From a virus (taxonomy: Duplodnaviria; Caudoviricetes), in IMG/VR virus record IMGVR_UViG_3300033121_002356, positions 1 through 64,000 of that record: a stretch of 64,000 nt of DNA, one strand, 5' to 3'. The notes under the pieces were generated by a model. The model was not told the origin of the DNA. It made no database searches and saw only the letters and a list, made by a program, of their open reading frames with translations. Positions 1 through 7,943 of the stretch are shown piece after piece (position 1 is the stretch's first letter; every line of letters starts with the position of its first letter). The position numbers and the translations under genes are program-made.

Positions 1-450
1 TTAAATCCATAAAAAGTCAAAAAACCAAGGCTTACGTTGAAAGTTGAAAGAAAGATTATCTAAATATTCTTTGTTAATCCTAACTAGATTTTGATACTTG
101 GGGAGGTCACCCCATCTTTCCAGCCGTTTATCAATTATCTTTTTTGCCCATCCATTTTCCATTATGAGCATTCTAAAAAATCCAGGCCTATCGTTTCTAA
201 GCTCATGTAAATAGCCAGCCTCAATAAGAAACCAGAACACTTGTGCAATGATTGTATTACAATACTGTCTATTATCTAGTTTATGAGACTCAACTTGTAC
301 GCAATGCATCTTATTATTCATAAGAGAAGAATCTGAAGTCACTAGTATCCCATAGTTATGTATATCAATAGCGACCGTTTCTGTTCCTCGTCTTAGTTTT
401 CTAAACGGCACCCCATAAAGAGATTTTATCTCATTTGCTAGTCTTTCCAT
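1..450 (-). CDS. hypothetical protein (149 aa)
   Basis: Complete ORF directly after the ClpB-like gene; no motif recognised. Confidence 0.6.
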   Translation of the reverse strand: MERLANEIKSLYGVPFRKLRRGTETVAIDIHNYGILVTSDSSLMNNKMHCVQVESHKLDNRQYCNTIIAQVFWFLIEAGYLHELRNDRPGFFRMLIMENGWAKKIIDKRLERWGDLPKYQNLVRINKEYLDNLSFNFQRKPWFFDFLWI

Positions 451-451
451 A

Positions 452-2287
452 TTAAATACCTATTATAACTTCTCCGGCATCATCAACGGACACCTTAAGT
501 TCTTTTGTGTCTTCGCTCTCTAACAATGCATCGGCTACTTTGTCGGAAATTGTTTTCTTAATTGTTTTTATTACTGGGCGCGCGCCATATTCAGAATTAA
601 ATCCAGTTTTTATTACATGAGAAACAACTGAAGAATCAAAATCAATTGTAATGCCCTTTAATTTAAGATATTCATTTATTATACCTAATTCTTTTAGAAC
701 AATTTTCTCACAAGTTGCTTGGTCCAGTGAATTAAAGACAACTACTTCGTCTATTCTACCAAGAAACTCTGGCTTAAAATGCTTCTTCAACGCGGTGCCC
801 ACCATACCTCGGACATTCTTGGCGTCAGGTAAAACTCTCTTCTCCCCGAATCCCAAAGGAGCAGTACTAGTTGAAATTTCTTTTGAAGCCAAGTTAGAAG
901 TTAAGATAATAATAGCTTCATTAAATTTTGCAGTATTTCCGTGTGAATCGGTCAAAATACCGGCATCCAATATTTGTAACAAAATATCATATATTTTTGG
1001 GTGTGCCTTTTCTATTTCGTCGAAAAGAACTACAGAAAATGGGTATTCTATTACTTTATTAACAAGGATTCCTCCTTCTTCGTGCCCTACATACCCCGGA
1101 GGAGACCCTATTAATTTAGACACCTCAAACGAAGTGCCATACTCAGAGCAATCTATGCGGATAAAGGCTTCTTTACCCTTCATAAGCTCTGTAGCCAACA
1201 CCTTTGCGCATTCTGTTTTACCCACACCAGTAGGCCCTGTAAATATAGCGGATAAAACGGGAGAGTCTGCATTTCTGATACCAACTTTAGCTCTTTTTAC
1301 GGCTGAGACTAGTGCTTTTATTGCTTCGTCCTGACCGAATATGTTTTCCCTAAGTTTGATATCAAGAGCTTCAATATCCTTTTTAGACATTAAAGAAAAA
1401 GCAGCCTCTTGTTTACGCTTTATTGAACCTTGTTTCTTCTTTTCTGGTTTTTGATTCATAAGTAATGAAGGGAGATTATTTAATAAATTATTCGCCATAA
1501 GTAAGTCTTGAAGACCAAGGCTTTCTTCATTTGAATCATCTTCTACATTCTTCGCGTCGTCATCAAGAAGCCGCTCAATGAATGGGCTAGGATTCAAGGA
1601 TAACACCATTCTATATAAATCATCATATACTTCTGGTATGTCTTTACCAGAAAAATCCACGAAACAGGAATAAACATAATAGAATTTATAAATAGAGTAA
1701 TAACAAAAATACTTTTTATATGCAAAAGAAGAAAGAACTTCCTTCATTTTAAAAAGATAATTTACATCCTCCTCATCAAGGGATTTAACTACTATGAACA
1801 TCTCCGCCGCATTGTGCTTAACTATAAAATTCTTACTGAAATCAATAGAATTAATATCAATATAGGTAGTATGAAGATATTTAAAAACTAGAGAGGGGAA
1901 ATTCCAATCTAGATTATCTACCAATCTTTTAATTCCTGAAAGCCCTGTCTTAGAGTGTATCAATAAGCCATTAGAGCTTACAAACATAGAGTTATAATCT
2001 AAAAATGGATTAATATCGCAAATATCTGTTATAATACTTCCAATAAATTTATAGTAATCCGGTCGGTCGTAGACCCCCTTAAACAAGGTATCAGGGTCTA
2101 TTACACATTTTTCAATTAAGAAATCAAAATAAGTAGGCTTTGAAATACAAAAACCATTTAACTTTGAAGTCAATGAAGAAAGCATCTCTTCAGAGGTTTC
2201 TTTATCAAATTTAGCTATAGAAACATTCTCTATAGTTCCAGAAATTTCAACTCCTTTAGTTAGAACTTCAATGGGCAGAGATGTCAT
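452..2287 (-). CDS. ClpB/ClpC-like AAA+ ATPase with only the D2 module and an unknown N-terminal region
   Basis: IFGQDEAI, Walker A GPTGVGKT, RIDCSEY, pore loop GSPPGYVG, Walker B LFDEIEKAHP, FKPEFLGRID and YGARP in the C-terminal half; no first AAA domain. Confidence 0.9.
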   Translation of the reverse strand: MTSLPIEVLTKGVEISGTIENVSIAKFDKETSEEMLSSLTSKLNGFCISKPTYFDFLIEKCVIDPDTLFKGVYDRPDYYKFIGSIITDICDINPFLDYNSMFVSSNGLLIHSKTGLSGIKRLVDNLDWNFPSLVFKYLHTTYIDINSIDFSKNFIVKHNAAEMFIVVKSLDEEDVNYLFKMKEVLSSFAYKKYFCYYSIYKFYYVYSCFVDFSGKDIPEVYDDLYRMVLSLNPSPFIERLLDDDAKNVEDDSNEESLGLQDLLMANNLLNNLPSLLMNQKPEKKKQGSIKRKQEAAFSLMSKKDIEALDIKLRENIFGQDEAIKALVSAVKRAKVGIRNADSPVLSAIFTGPTGVGKTECAKVLATELMKGKEAFIRIDCSEYGTSFEVSKLIGSPPGYVGHEEGGILVNKVIEYPFSVVLFDEIEKAHPKIYDILLQILDAGILTDSHGNTAKFNEAIIILTSNLASKEISTSTAPLGFGEKRVLPDAKNVRGMVGTALKKHFKPEFLGRIDEVVVFNSLDQATCEKIVLKELGIINEYLKLKGITIDFDSSVVSHVIKTGFNSEYGARPVIKTIKKTISDKVADALLESEDTKELKVSVDDAGEVIIGI

Positions 2288-2300
2288 AGTATGCTCCAGA

Positions 2301-3137
2301 TTAACTATCGAGGCTTCTCCAATGCTTGATTAAATTACTAGCGTCCGGTAGAGTTAAATTGGAGAAATCCTCCCCGTTAAAGTCAGGAAAAAGTGCTTTA
2401 ATAATATCCAACTCACTCTTCTTTTCCTTTTTTGCTATATTTCTTAAAGCTCCTAACTGCATTCCTGTTATTTCTTTAACAGTTCCTCTGCTAACAGAAA
2501 CTTGTGGGGCAGCGGCTGGAGTAGTTGGTACGGAAAGAGGCTGTATAAAAGACTTTAGAGCAGCATCGATTTGTTCCTGATTACCCGTATCAGTTACTTC
2601 CTTAGGAGCAACATAAGGGGAACCAACAACTTTAAGCTCAGGCGGCTCTTCATATCTATTTTTTATCTCTTCTTCGTAAGAAATACTAGAAGTCTCCTTA
2701 ACTGTAGTAGGAGTCTTATTATCTTTATTATACTTTACATACTTATCTATCTGTGGGGGCAATGAAGCAGCAACACCGGACATTCCTACCCCAATACCAA
2801 ATCCCTTTGCGGCATCTTTAACAGCATTAGTATGTGCTGTCTTTAACGCATCGCCGATTCCTAGAGCAGCGTTACCACTCGTATCGCTTTGCCCAAAGCC
2901 AATCTTTTTGATTACACCCGTGGGGCTATTCTTACAATTAACAACGAGATACAATTTTACAATAGCACCATGTTCATCAAAAGAGCTTTCAATCAGCTCT
3001 TCTGACCAGTCATAATCAAAAGCCTCATTAAGTCGTTTTCTTACATCGTCACCATCAATATAGTTAAATTTATTTCTACCTGAAGTTTGTTTAATAGGTA
3101 GTGGCTGTTCTAGTTTAGCAATTACGTCTTTTTCCAT
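2301..3137 (-). CDS. Rad52/Sak-family single-strand annealing protein
   Basis: YIDGDDVRKRLNEAF..W, KIGFG and DALKTAHTNAVKDAAKGFGIG pattern, then a low-complexity linker and a small helical C-terminal domain. Confidence 0.8.
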   Translation of the reverse strand: MEKDVIAKLEQPLPIKQTSGRNKFNYIDGDDVRKRLNEAFDYDWSEELIESSFDEHGAIVKLYLVVNCKNSPTGVIKKIGFGQSDTSGNAALGIGDALKTAHTNAVKDAAKGFGIGVGMSGVAASLPPQIDKYVKYNKDNKTPTTVKETSSISYEEEIKNRYEEPPELKVVGSPYVAPKEVTDTGNQEQIDAALKSFIQPLSVPTTPAAAPQVSVSRGTVKEITGMQLGALRNIAKKEKKSELDIIKALFPDFNGEDFSNLTLPDASNLIKHWRSLDS

Positions 3138-3155
3138 TTGAGTAACCTCCCGTTT

Positions 3156-3175
3156 GCATAGAAAGGTATAGTATG
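3156..3175 (-). promoter_or_regulatory. candidate promoter/operator motif CATAyTAT-N6-8-TATrC (copy 1)
   Basis: Same motif in the intergenic gaps at 5646-5664 and 45768-45788, each just upstream of a Shine-Dalgarno. Confidence 0.35.
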
Positions 3176-3180
3176 TATCA

Positions 3181-4551
3181 TCACAGTACTTCAGCTGCTA
3201 TGTTTGCAATAGAGCTTCTTTCACCTTTAGTAAGCGTTATATGACCGACATTTGGCCGGTCTGACATTTTATGTATTACATTAACAAAATCAGAATCATA
3301 CGGACTTATGTTGTTATTATCTATTTGGCTAACATCTCCAGTTAAAACCAACTTGCTATTGTTGCCAACTCGTGTTAGTATACGCTTCAACATGTCCTCT
3401 GTTAAGTCCTGGGCCTCATCAACTATAATAAAAGCATTAGCTATACTTCTGCCCTTTATATAGGTTAATGCCTCCACTTCTACAATACCTTGTTCTAGAT
3501 ATTCTTCTAGCAAAGACTGTATGCTACGATGCCCAGCAATAGTTCTATTTTTCTTTGAGCCTCCTAGAATCTCATACAAATTGTCCCAAATCGGTGCTAA
3601 CCATTCTCTCATTTTTTCTTCCTTAAGGCCGGGTAGATACCCAATATCTTTGCCAAAAGGCTGTACAGGTCGAGTAACAATTAGTCTAGAATATATCTTG
3701 TTGTCGTCTATTACTTGGCTCAACCCACTAGCAAGTGCCAATAAAGTCTTCCCACTGCCTGCTGTCCCTATAGCAGTAACTAACTCTATGGAAGGGTCAG
3801 TAAGTAGGTCAACATAAAGGCGCTGCTCTTTATTTCTTGGGCTAATACCAGAAAATGAAACGGTCTTGCTTGTAAAAATCTTTCGCAATGGTTTCTCTAT
3901 CTCCAAAAATCTAGCCATCGCAGTTTTTTTATTATCATCAACTGAGCGTAAAATTAAAAACTCATTTTTAGTTATTTTGTTTTTTTGGGGAGGGAGAATC
4001 ACTGGCTTATCGGATTGCAAATCATCAACGATAGCGTCAGGAACAACAATAGATTGAACCCCTTTGTATACTTTAGAGCCTTCACCATAATTCCCTATCT
4101 TAGGGGCGTAGTTAGAGACAGAAATACCCAAAGACATGGCTATAGCCGTCATATTTGAATCACATGTAACTAGTATAACTTCTTTAGCTTTGTTGCTTTG
4201 GGATAAAGCCAGCACAGAATCAATAATCTTGTTATCGTTCTTCTTTTTATCTAGATTCTTAGGAAGCTTACTAATTTCACTCTCTACTTTAATTCTAAAA
4301 GTAGAACCATTTGGTAGTCTTACCCCTTTTTTAGGAGAATCTCCGCTATGAAGAAGTGTCACAATTTCTCTAACGGCTCGACGGGCATTAAATCCAATTC
4401 CATTTTCAAATGATTTAAACTTGTCTAATTCCTCCAAAACAGTAACTGGAACAATAATCTCACCTTCAAACTCGTAAATTGCTTTATAATCCAGTAACAA
4501 AACATTTGTATCTAATACATAAATCTTCTTCTTATCGTTTTTAAACACCAT
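3181..4551 (-). CDS. phoH: PIN-domain PhoH-family ATPase (PhoH2/YlaK-like)
   Basis: N-terminal PIN (VLDTNVLL, VLEELDKFK, NDNKII, LVTCD); PhoH motifs GTAGSGKT, IGYLPG, YIKGRS, DEAQD, GDVSQID, ERSS. Confidence 0.92.
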   Translation of the reverse strand: MVFKNDKKKIYVLDTNVLLLDYKAIYEFEGEIIVPVTVLEELDKFKSFENGIGFNARRAVREIVTLLHSGDSPKKGVRLPNGSTFRIKVESEISKLPKNLDKKKNDNKIIDSVLALSQSNKAKEVILVTCDSNMTAIAMSLGISVSNYAPKIGNYGEGSKVYKGVQSIVVPDAIVDDLQSDKPVILPPQKNKITKNEFLILRSVDDNKKTAMARFLEIEKPLRKIFTSKTVSFSGISPRNKEQRLYVDLLTDPSIELVTAIGTAGSGKTLLALASGLSQVIDDNKIYSRLIVTRPVQPFGKDIGYLPGLKEEKMREWLAPIWDNLYEILGGSKKNRTIAGHRSIQSLLEEYLEQGIVEVEALTYIKGRSIANAFIIVDEAQDLTEDMLKRILTRVGNNSKLVLTGDVSQIDNNNISPYDSDFVNVIHKMSDRPNVGHITLTKGERSSIANIAAEVL

Positions 4552-4566
4552 AAAAGGGCGTCTCCA

Positions 4567-4959
4567 TTAGAGGTATACTACCGTTATAGCTGGGTCATCA
4601 TTATACATACCACCGTAAACCCAACGTTTTACATCGCCTTTATCTAATAATTCATTCAGATACTTATACAAACTATTTCTAAGAATTCCGTGCCCTATGC
4701 CGTGAATAATACTTAATTTTTCAGAATTATTCACTATACAATTATCTATTGCTTTCCCAACTGCTTCTAACATTTCCTCTACTGACATTCCATGGCAATC
4801 TACGCTCTCAACACTAGGAGATATGTATAGATTTACGTTACTCTTTGTCTTGTACTGGCGCACTGGTAACATCCTTTTCTGTATTAAATGCTTCAAATAC
4901 CTTTCTACCTGCGGCGCAGCTACAAATAACTGGCTGTTGATAGTCGGCGTCATAAGCAT
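4567..4959 (-). CDS. stand-alone Smr-domain endonuclease (true start possibly 4872)
   Basis: DCHGM (LDLHG-like), IIHGIGHGILR and C-terminal AITVVYL typical of the MutS2/Smr domain. Confidence 0.8.
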   Translation of the reverse strand: MLMTPTINSQLFVAAPQVERYLKHLIQKRMLPVRQYKTKSNVNLYISPSVESVDCHGMSVEEMLEAVGKAIDNCIVNNSEKLSIIHGIGHGILRNSLYKYLNELLDKGDVKRWVYGGMYNDDPAITVVYL

Positions 4960-5053
4960 TTAAAACAATGTATACACCCGAGTTATTGCATTCACTGCAC
5001 ACGCCATCAGCAGTTTCTACTCTATTTGACACGTCTATTGCGATGTTAGTCAT
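4838..5053 (-). CDS. small Zn-finger protein (CxxCxxxG...CxC)
   Basis: CSECNNSG...ICSCAAG. Confidence 0.55.
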   Translation of the reverse strand: MTNIAIDVSNRVETADGVCSECNNSGVYIVLNAYDADYQQPVICSCAAGRKVFEAFNTEKDVTSAPVQDKE

Positions 5054-5055
5054 TT

Positions 5056-5238
5056 TTATTCCTTTAGGTCTTCAATTTCTGTTATTAAATAATTATCCGC
5101 CCCAAAAGAGGCAACGAGATTTTTACCATGAATACACTCACAATAAAACCATTCAAACCCCCCGCCTTCTTCAGAAAGGAAGTTAGAAACGTAATATCCT
5201 AAATTATCACATATCTTACATTCATAATCAGTACGCAT
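5056..5238 (-). CDS. small Zn-finger protein (CxxCxxxG...CxC)
   Basis: CKICDNLG...YCECIHG; same Cys spacing as its neighbour. Confidence 0.55.
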   Translation of the reverse strand: MRTDYECKICDNLGYYVSNFLSEEGGGFEWFYCECIHGKNLVASFGADNYLITEIEDLKE

Positions 5239-5247
5239 TGACGTCTC

Positions 5248-5631
5248 TTATTTTTCTTTATCAACGACAATAACAACACCGTTAGTATCGGTGCCTAACG
5301 CTGTTATAACACGTTTAATCCTAGCGGTTAGTTTTTCACCCTTATCCATTAGACGTGATAAAGCAACATTATATTTTCTAGATATATAACCTAATTTTAC
5401 ACCAGAATCTTCGCAAACAACAGCAATGGCTGCTTTATTGGGGTCGTACACATTATGAGGCTCTCTAACAAGTTTTATCTTAGTTCTAGAGTCGATATTG
5501 CCAATATGGCTCTGTCGCCCTTCAAAAGAAACCCCTACTATTTTCATTTCTTGACCAAGCATGCGTAACTCAATGCTTTCAGAGTTCTTCACTTGGCTCA
5601 AAATTCCAGACACTGCATTTCTAACAGACAT
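5248..5631 (-). CDS. HIRAN-domain protein
   Basis: IVGVSF, LVREPHNVYD..AIAV, KLGYI; good SD (AGGAGAG). Confidence 0.88.
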   Translation of the reverse strand: MSVRNAVSGILSQVKNSESIELRMLGQEMKIVGVSFEGRQSHIGNIDSRTKIKLVREPHNVYDPNKAAIAVVCEDSGVKLGYISRKYNVALSRLMDKGEKLTARIKRVITALGTDTNGVVIVVDKEK

Positions 5632-5645
5632 TTTAAACTCTCCTT

Positions 5646-5664
5646 GTATATAAGAGATAGTATG
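5646..5664 (-). promoter_or_regulatory. candidate promoter/operator motif (copy 2)
   Basis: CATACTAT-ctctta-TATAC directly upstream of the SD. Confidence 0.35.
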
Positions 5665-5670
5665 AACTAG

Positions 5671-6234
5671 CTATTTAGTATTATTGATTTTTTTAGTTAA
5701 TTTTCCTAACTTATCGTCACAACTCAAGATTCTTTCGACGATTTCTCCGCCCTTAAACATTGTTATAGAATTTCGGGTTTCACTTAAAACGTAGCTAGAA
5801 TATACATCCTTTCGTATAGAAAAAGAAGAGGCTGCTATATGCCTAGTACCTGTTTGCTCAGGTACCTTAGAAACTGGGTTCTCAACAATGAGATAAACAT
5901 TTGCTCCTAATACTTGACCATCACTATTAACAAGTATAGCCCCATCATTGTTGTCATTTTCCATGTATTCAACTAAATTTTCTACAAAATTTTCATCATT
6001 AATATACAATAGCTGCCCTTGAAAGGGGTTAGAAAGCATTTGAACAACCCCGTGTACTACTGGCTCAAAATCACCGTAAATAATAAGAAGACCGCCTTCA
6101 ACAGATTTCTTATGCTTACGCTCCATTATTATCTTTAATATATCTAATATGTGCTTCTCATTTTTCTCAACGCTTTTGGCGAGATTAAATTGAGTCACAT
6201 AATTTATATTAGATACGGGGGTTTTATCATCCAT
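5671..6234 (-). CDS. diadenylate cyclase (DAC/DisA_N domain), minimal DacZ-like
   Basis: GGLLIIYGD, NPFQG, catalytic DGA, GTRHIAA (RHR-like) and VLSE..ITMFKGG. ATG at 6234 overlaps the deoC stop; the ORF-track extension to 6300 is probably not translated. Confidence 0.85.
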   Translation of the reverse strand: MDDKTPVSNINYVTQFNLAKSVEKNEKHILDILKIIMERKHKKSVEGGLLIIYGDFEPVVHGVVQMLSNPFQGQLLYINDENFVENLVEYMENDNNDGAILVNSDGQVLGANVYLIVENPVSKVPEQTGTRHIAASSFSIRKDVYSSYVLSETRNSITMFKGGEIVERILSCDDKLGKLTKKINNTK

Positions 6235-6913
6235 TGTTTCTTTGCCTTTCAAGATTATCCTTAACAATTTGAAAAGTATTACTGGTACCAATGCGGTCAA
6301 TACCTAAACTAATAAGACGTTCTACCTCACTTAGTGTCTTAACCCCACCAGAAAACTTTATCTTCTTTTTTGGAGCATTCTTTTTTGCAATTTCCAGTCT
6401 TTTAAGTTTATCATCAAACGATAGCTTATACGAATCAGGAAGTTTCCCTGTGCATGTTTTAATATAGTCTACCCCAGTAGCATTTAAAACTTCGGCTATT
6501 GATTTTATCTCTTTAGGGGATAGTAACGATATTTCTATAATAGCTTTTGAGGCTACTCCCATATTTCCAATTAAAGTAGCCTCTTCCGCTATATACAGAA
6601 ACTCGCCGTCTTTTACCGCGTTCATGTTTATAACGTAATCGATTTCTGTTGTACCATTTTCAATAGCGTCCTCAATTGAAAATAATTTCGTATCTATCGT
6701 GTCCAACCCAAATGGAAAGGAAATAACTGTAACCACAGAAGTTTCAGTACCTTCTAAAATCTCAGAACAATCTGCTGTATCACAAGGATGGCAACAAATT
6801 CCCTTTATTTTAGACTCACCACAAAAGGTTGCAACACTCATGATATCTTCATACGTGTTATAACGCCCTAATAAGGTAGCGTCATCGATGTATCTGCAAA
6901 TATCTATATCCAT
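6227..6913 (-). CDS. deoC: deoxyribose-phosphate aldolase
   Basis: VISFPFG, EIDYVIN, KAIIE, Schiff-base Lys in YIKTCTG, KFSGGVKT, RIGTS. Confidence 0.92.
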   Translation of the reverse strand: MDIDICRYIDDATLLGRYNTYEDIMSVATFCGESKIKGICCHPCDTADCSEILEGTETSVVTVISFPFGLDTIDTKLFSIEDAIENGTTEIDYVINMNAVKDGEFLYIAEEATLIGNMGVASKAIIEISLLSPKEIKSIAEVLNATGVDYIKTCTGKLPDSYKLSFDDKLKRLEIAKKNAPKKKIKFSGGVKTLSEVERLISLGIDRIGTSNTFQIVKDNLERQRNNG

Positions 6914-6914
6914 A

Positions 6915-7178
6915 TTATACCTGTCTATTATTTTCTAGAACAGTAGTGTGAAAAGCACTTTTTTCAAGAAGAACCAAAGTACCATCCTTAACTATATGCT
7001 TTCCAACCAACCCAGCATCAGTTAAAGAAAATTGTACCTTATCCCCGCAATAAAGTATTGGTAATTTATTGTCCTTCCTTACTAAAGAACTTCGCTGGAA
7101 AAAATAATCCTTACCATCAGAGGCGGTTACAATGCCCACAGCATCTTTTGAATTATAAAATTTAATTACCCCTTCCAT
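6915..7178 (-). CDS. cold-shock domain protein
   Basis: EGVIKFYN..GIVT..DGKDYFF.S and GDKVQF; degenerate RNP1/RNP2. Confidence 0.7.
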   Translation of the reverse strand: MEGVIKFYNSKDAVGIVTASDGKDYFFQRSSLVRKDNKLPILYCGDKVQFSLTDAGLVGKHIVKDGTLVLLEKSAFHTTVLENNRQV

Positions 7179-7356
7179 CCGCTCTCTCCTTTAACAACAT
7201 GCAGTAATTAGAGCTATCGCATTGAATACATTTAGCATCATAATATTCAAAGCTTACATAGGCCCTTTCAGGTACTGTAAATAGGCTTAATTGCCAACAA
7301 TAAATCAAATCCTCAGACTCTTCTAGTATAGAAGTATAATATGATTCCTTACTCAT
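7162..7356 (-). CDS. hypothetical small Cys-containing protein
   Basis: 64 aa with CIQC....YC. Confidence 0.45.
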   Translation of the reverse strand: MSKESYYTSILEESEDLIYCWQLSLFTVPERAYVSFEYYDAKCIQCDSSNYCMLLKERADGRGN

Positions 7357-7379
7357 TAGCTCATAGAGCCTCCAATTTA

Positions 7380-7922
7380 TTATTTTCTGGGTACTAAAGT
7401 AATTGTCTCACCAGGTTGTATTGAAACATCTGCTACTACTTCCTCTAATGCAAGGGTGCTGCCTTCACCAACTAGCTTATCCATAACGCCGGATGGTGAC
7501 ATTTCTCTGACTCTATCAAGAGGAGCAACAAATACATCTGCTCCAGCCGCATTTGTTAAGGTTACACCGCCCTGATAAGGCTGAACATTGCCAACCCCAG
7601 TGGGTAAAGTCGAAGCAGGAGCCGTAGTATTTCCTAAAACAAGTGCTCTAGTAATTAAGTCCCCGGCAACAGCAACTTCTACTATTGTGCCAATCACTGA
7701 GGGCCCAGAATCGGGACCGCCACCAGGGCCACCACCGCCAGGACCGCCACCATTTCCCGGGCCACTTAAAACATTCATAATAACGTTTGCTCTAGAATCT
7801 ACAGCAGAGATTAAATTTACTACATCGGCGTCATTTAAAGCCACTAAACAGGCATTGTTAGCTTTAGTTAAAAAATTATCTACGCCTTCAATAAGCTTTA
7901 ATACAATATCATCTCTATTCAT
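7380..7922 (-). CDS. hypothetical two-domain protein with Gly-Pro linker
   Basis: SD AGAGGA; GPGNGGGPGGGGPGGGPDSGP linker. Confidence 0.65.
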   Translation of the reverse strand: MNRDDIVLKLIEGVDNFLTKANNACLVALNDADVVNLISAVDSRANVIMNVLSGPGNGGGPGGGGPGGGPDSGPSVIGTIVEVAVAGDLITRALVLGNTTAPASTLPTGVGNVQPYQGGVTLTNAAGADVFVAPLDRVREMSPSGVMDKLVGEGSTLALEEVVADVSIQPGETITLVPRK

Positions 7923-7943
7923 TTAATTTCCTCTTAATTATAA

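Noticed and set aside
6235-6300. Hydrophobic N-terminal extension of the DAC as a membrane anchor
   Set aside because: It overlaps the conserved deoC C-terminus; the ATG at 6234 coupled to the deoC stop is the more plausible start.
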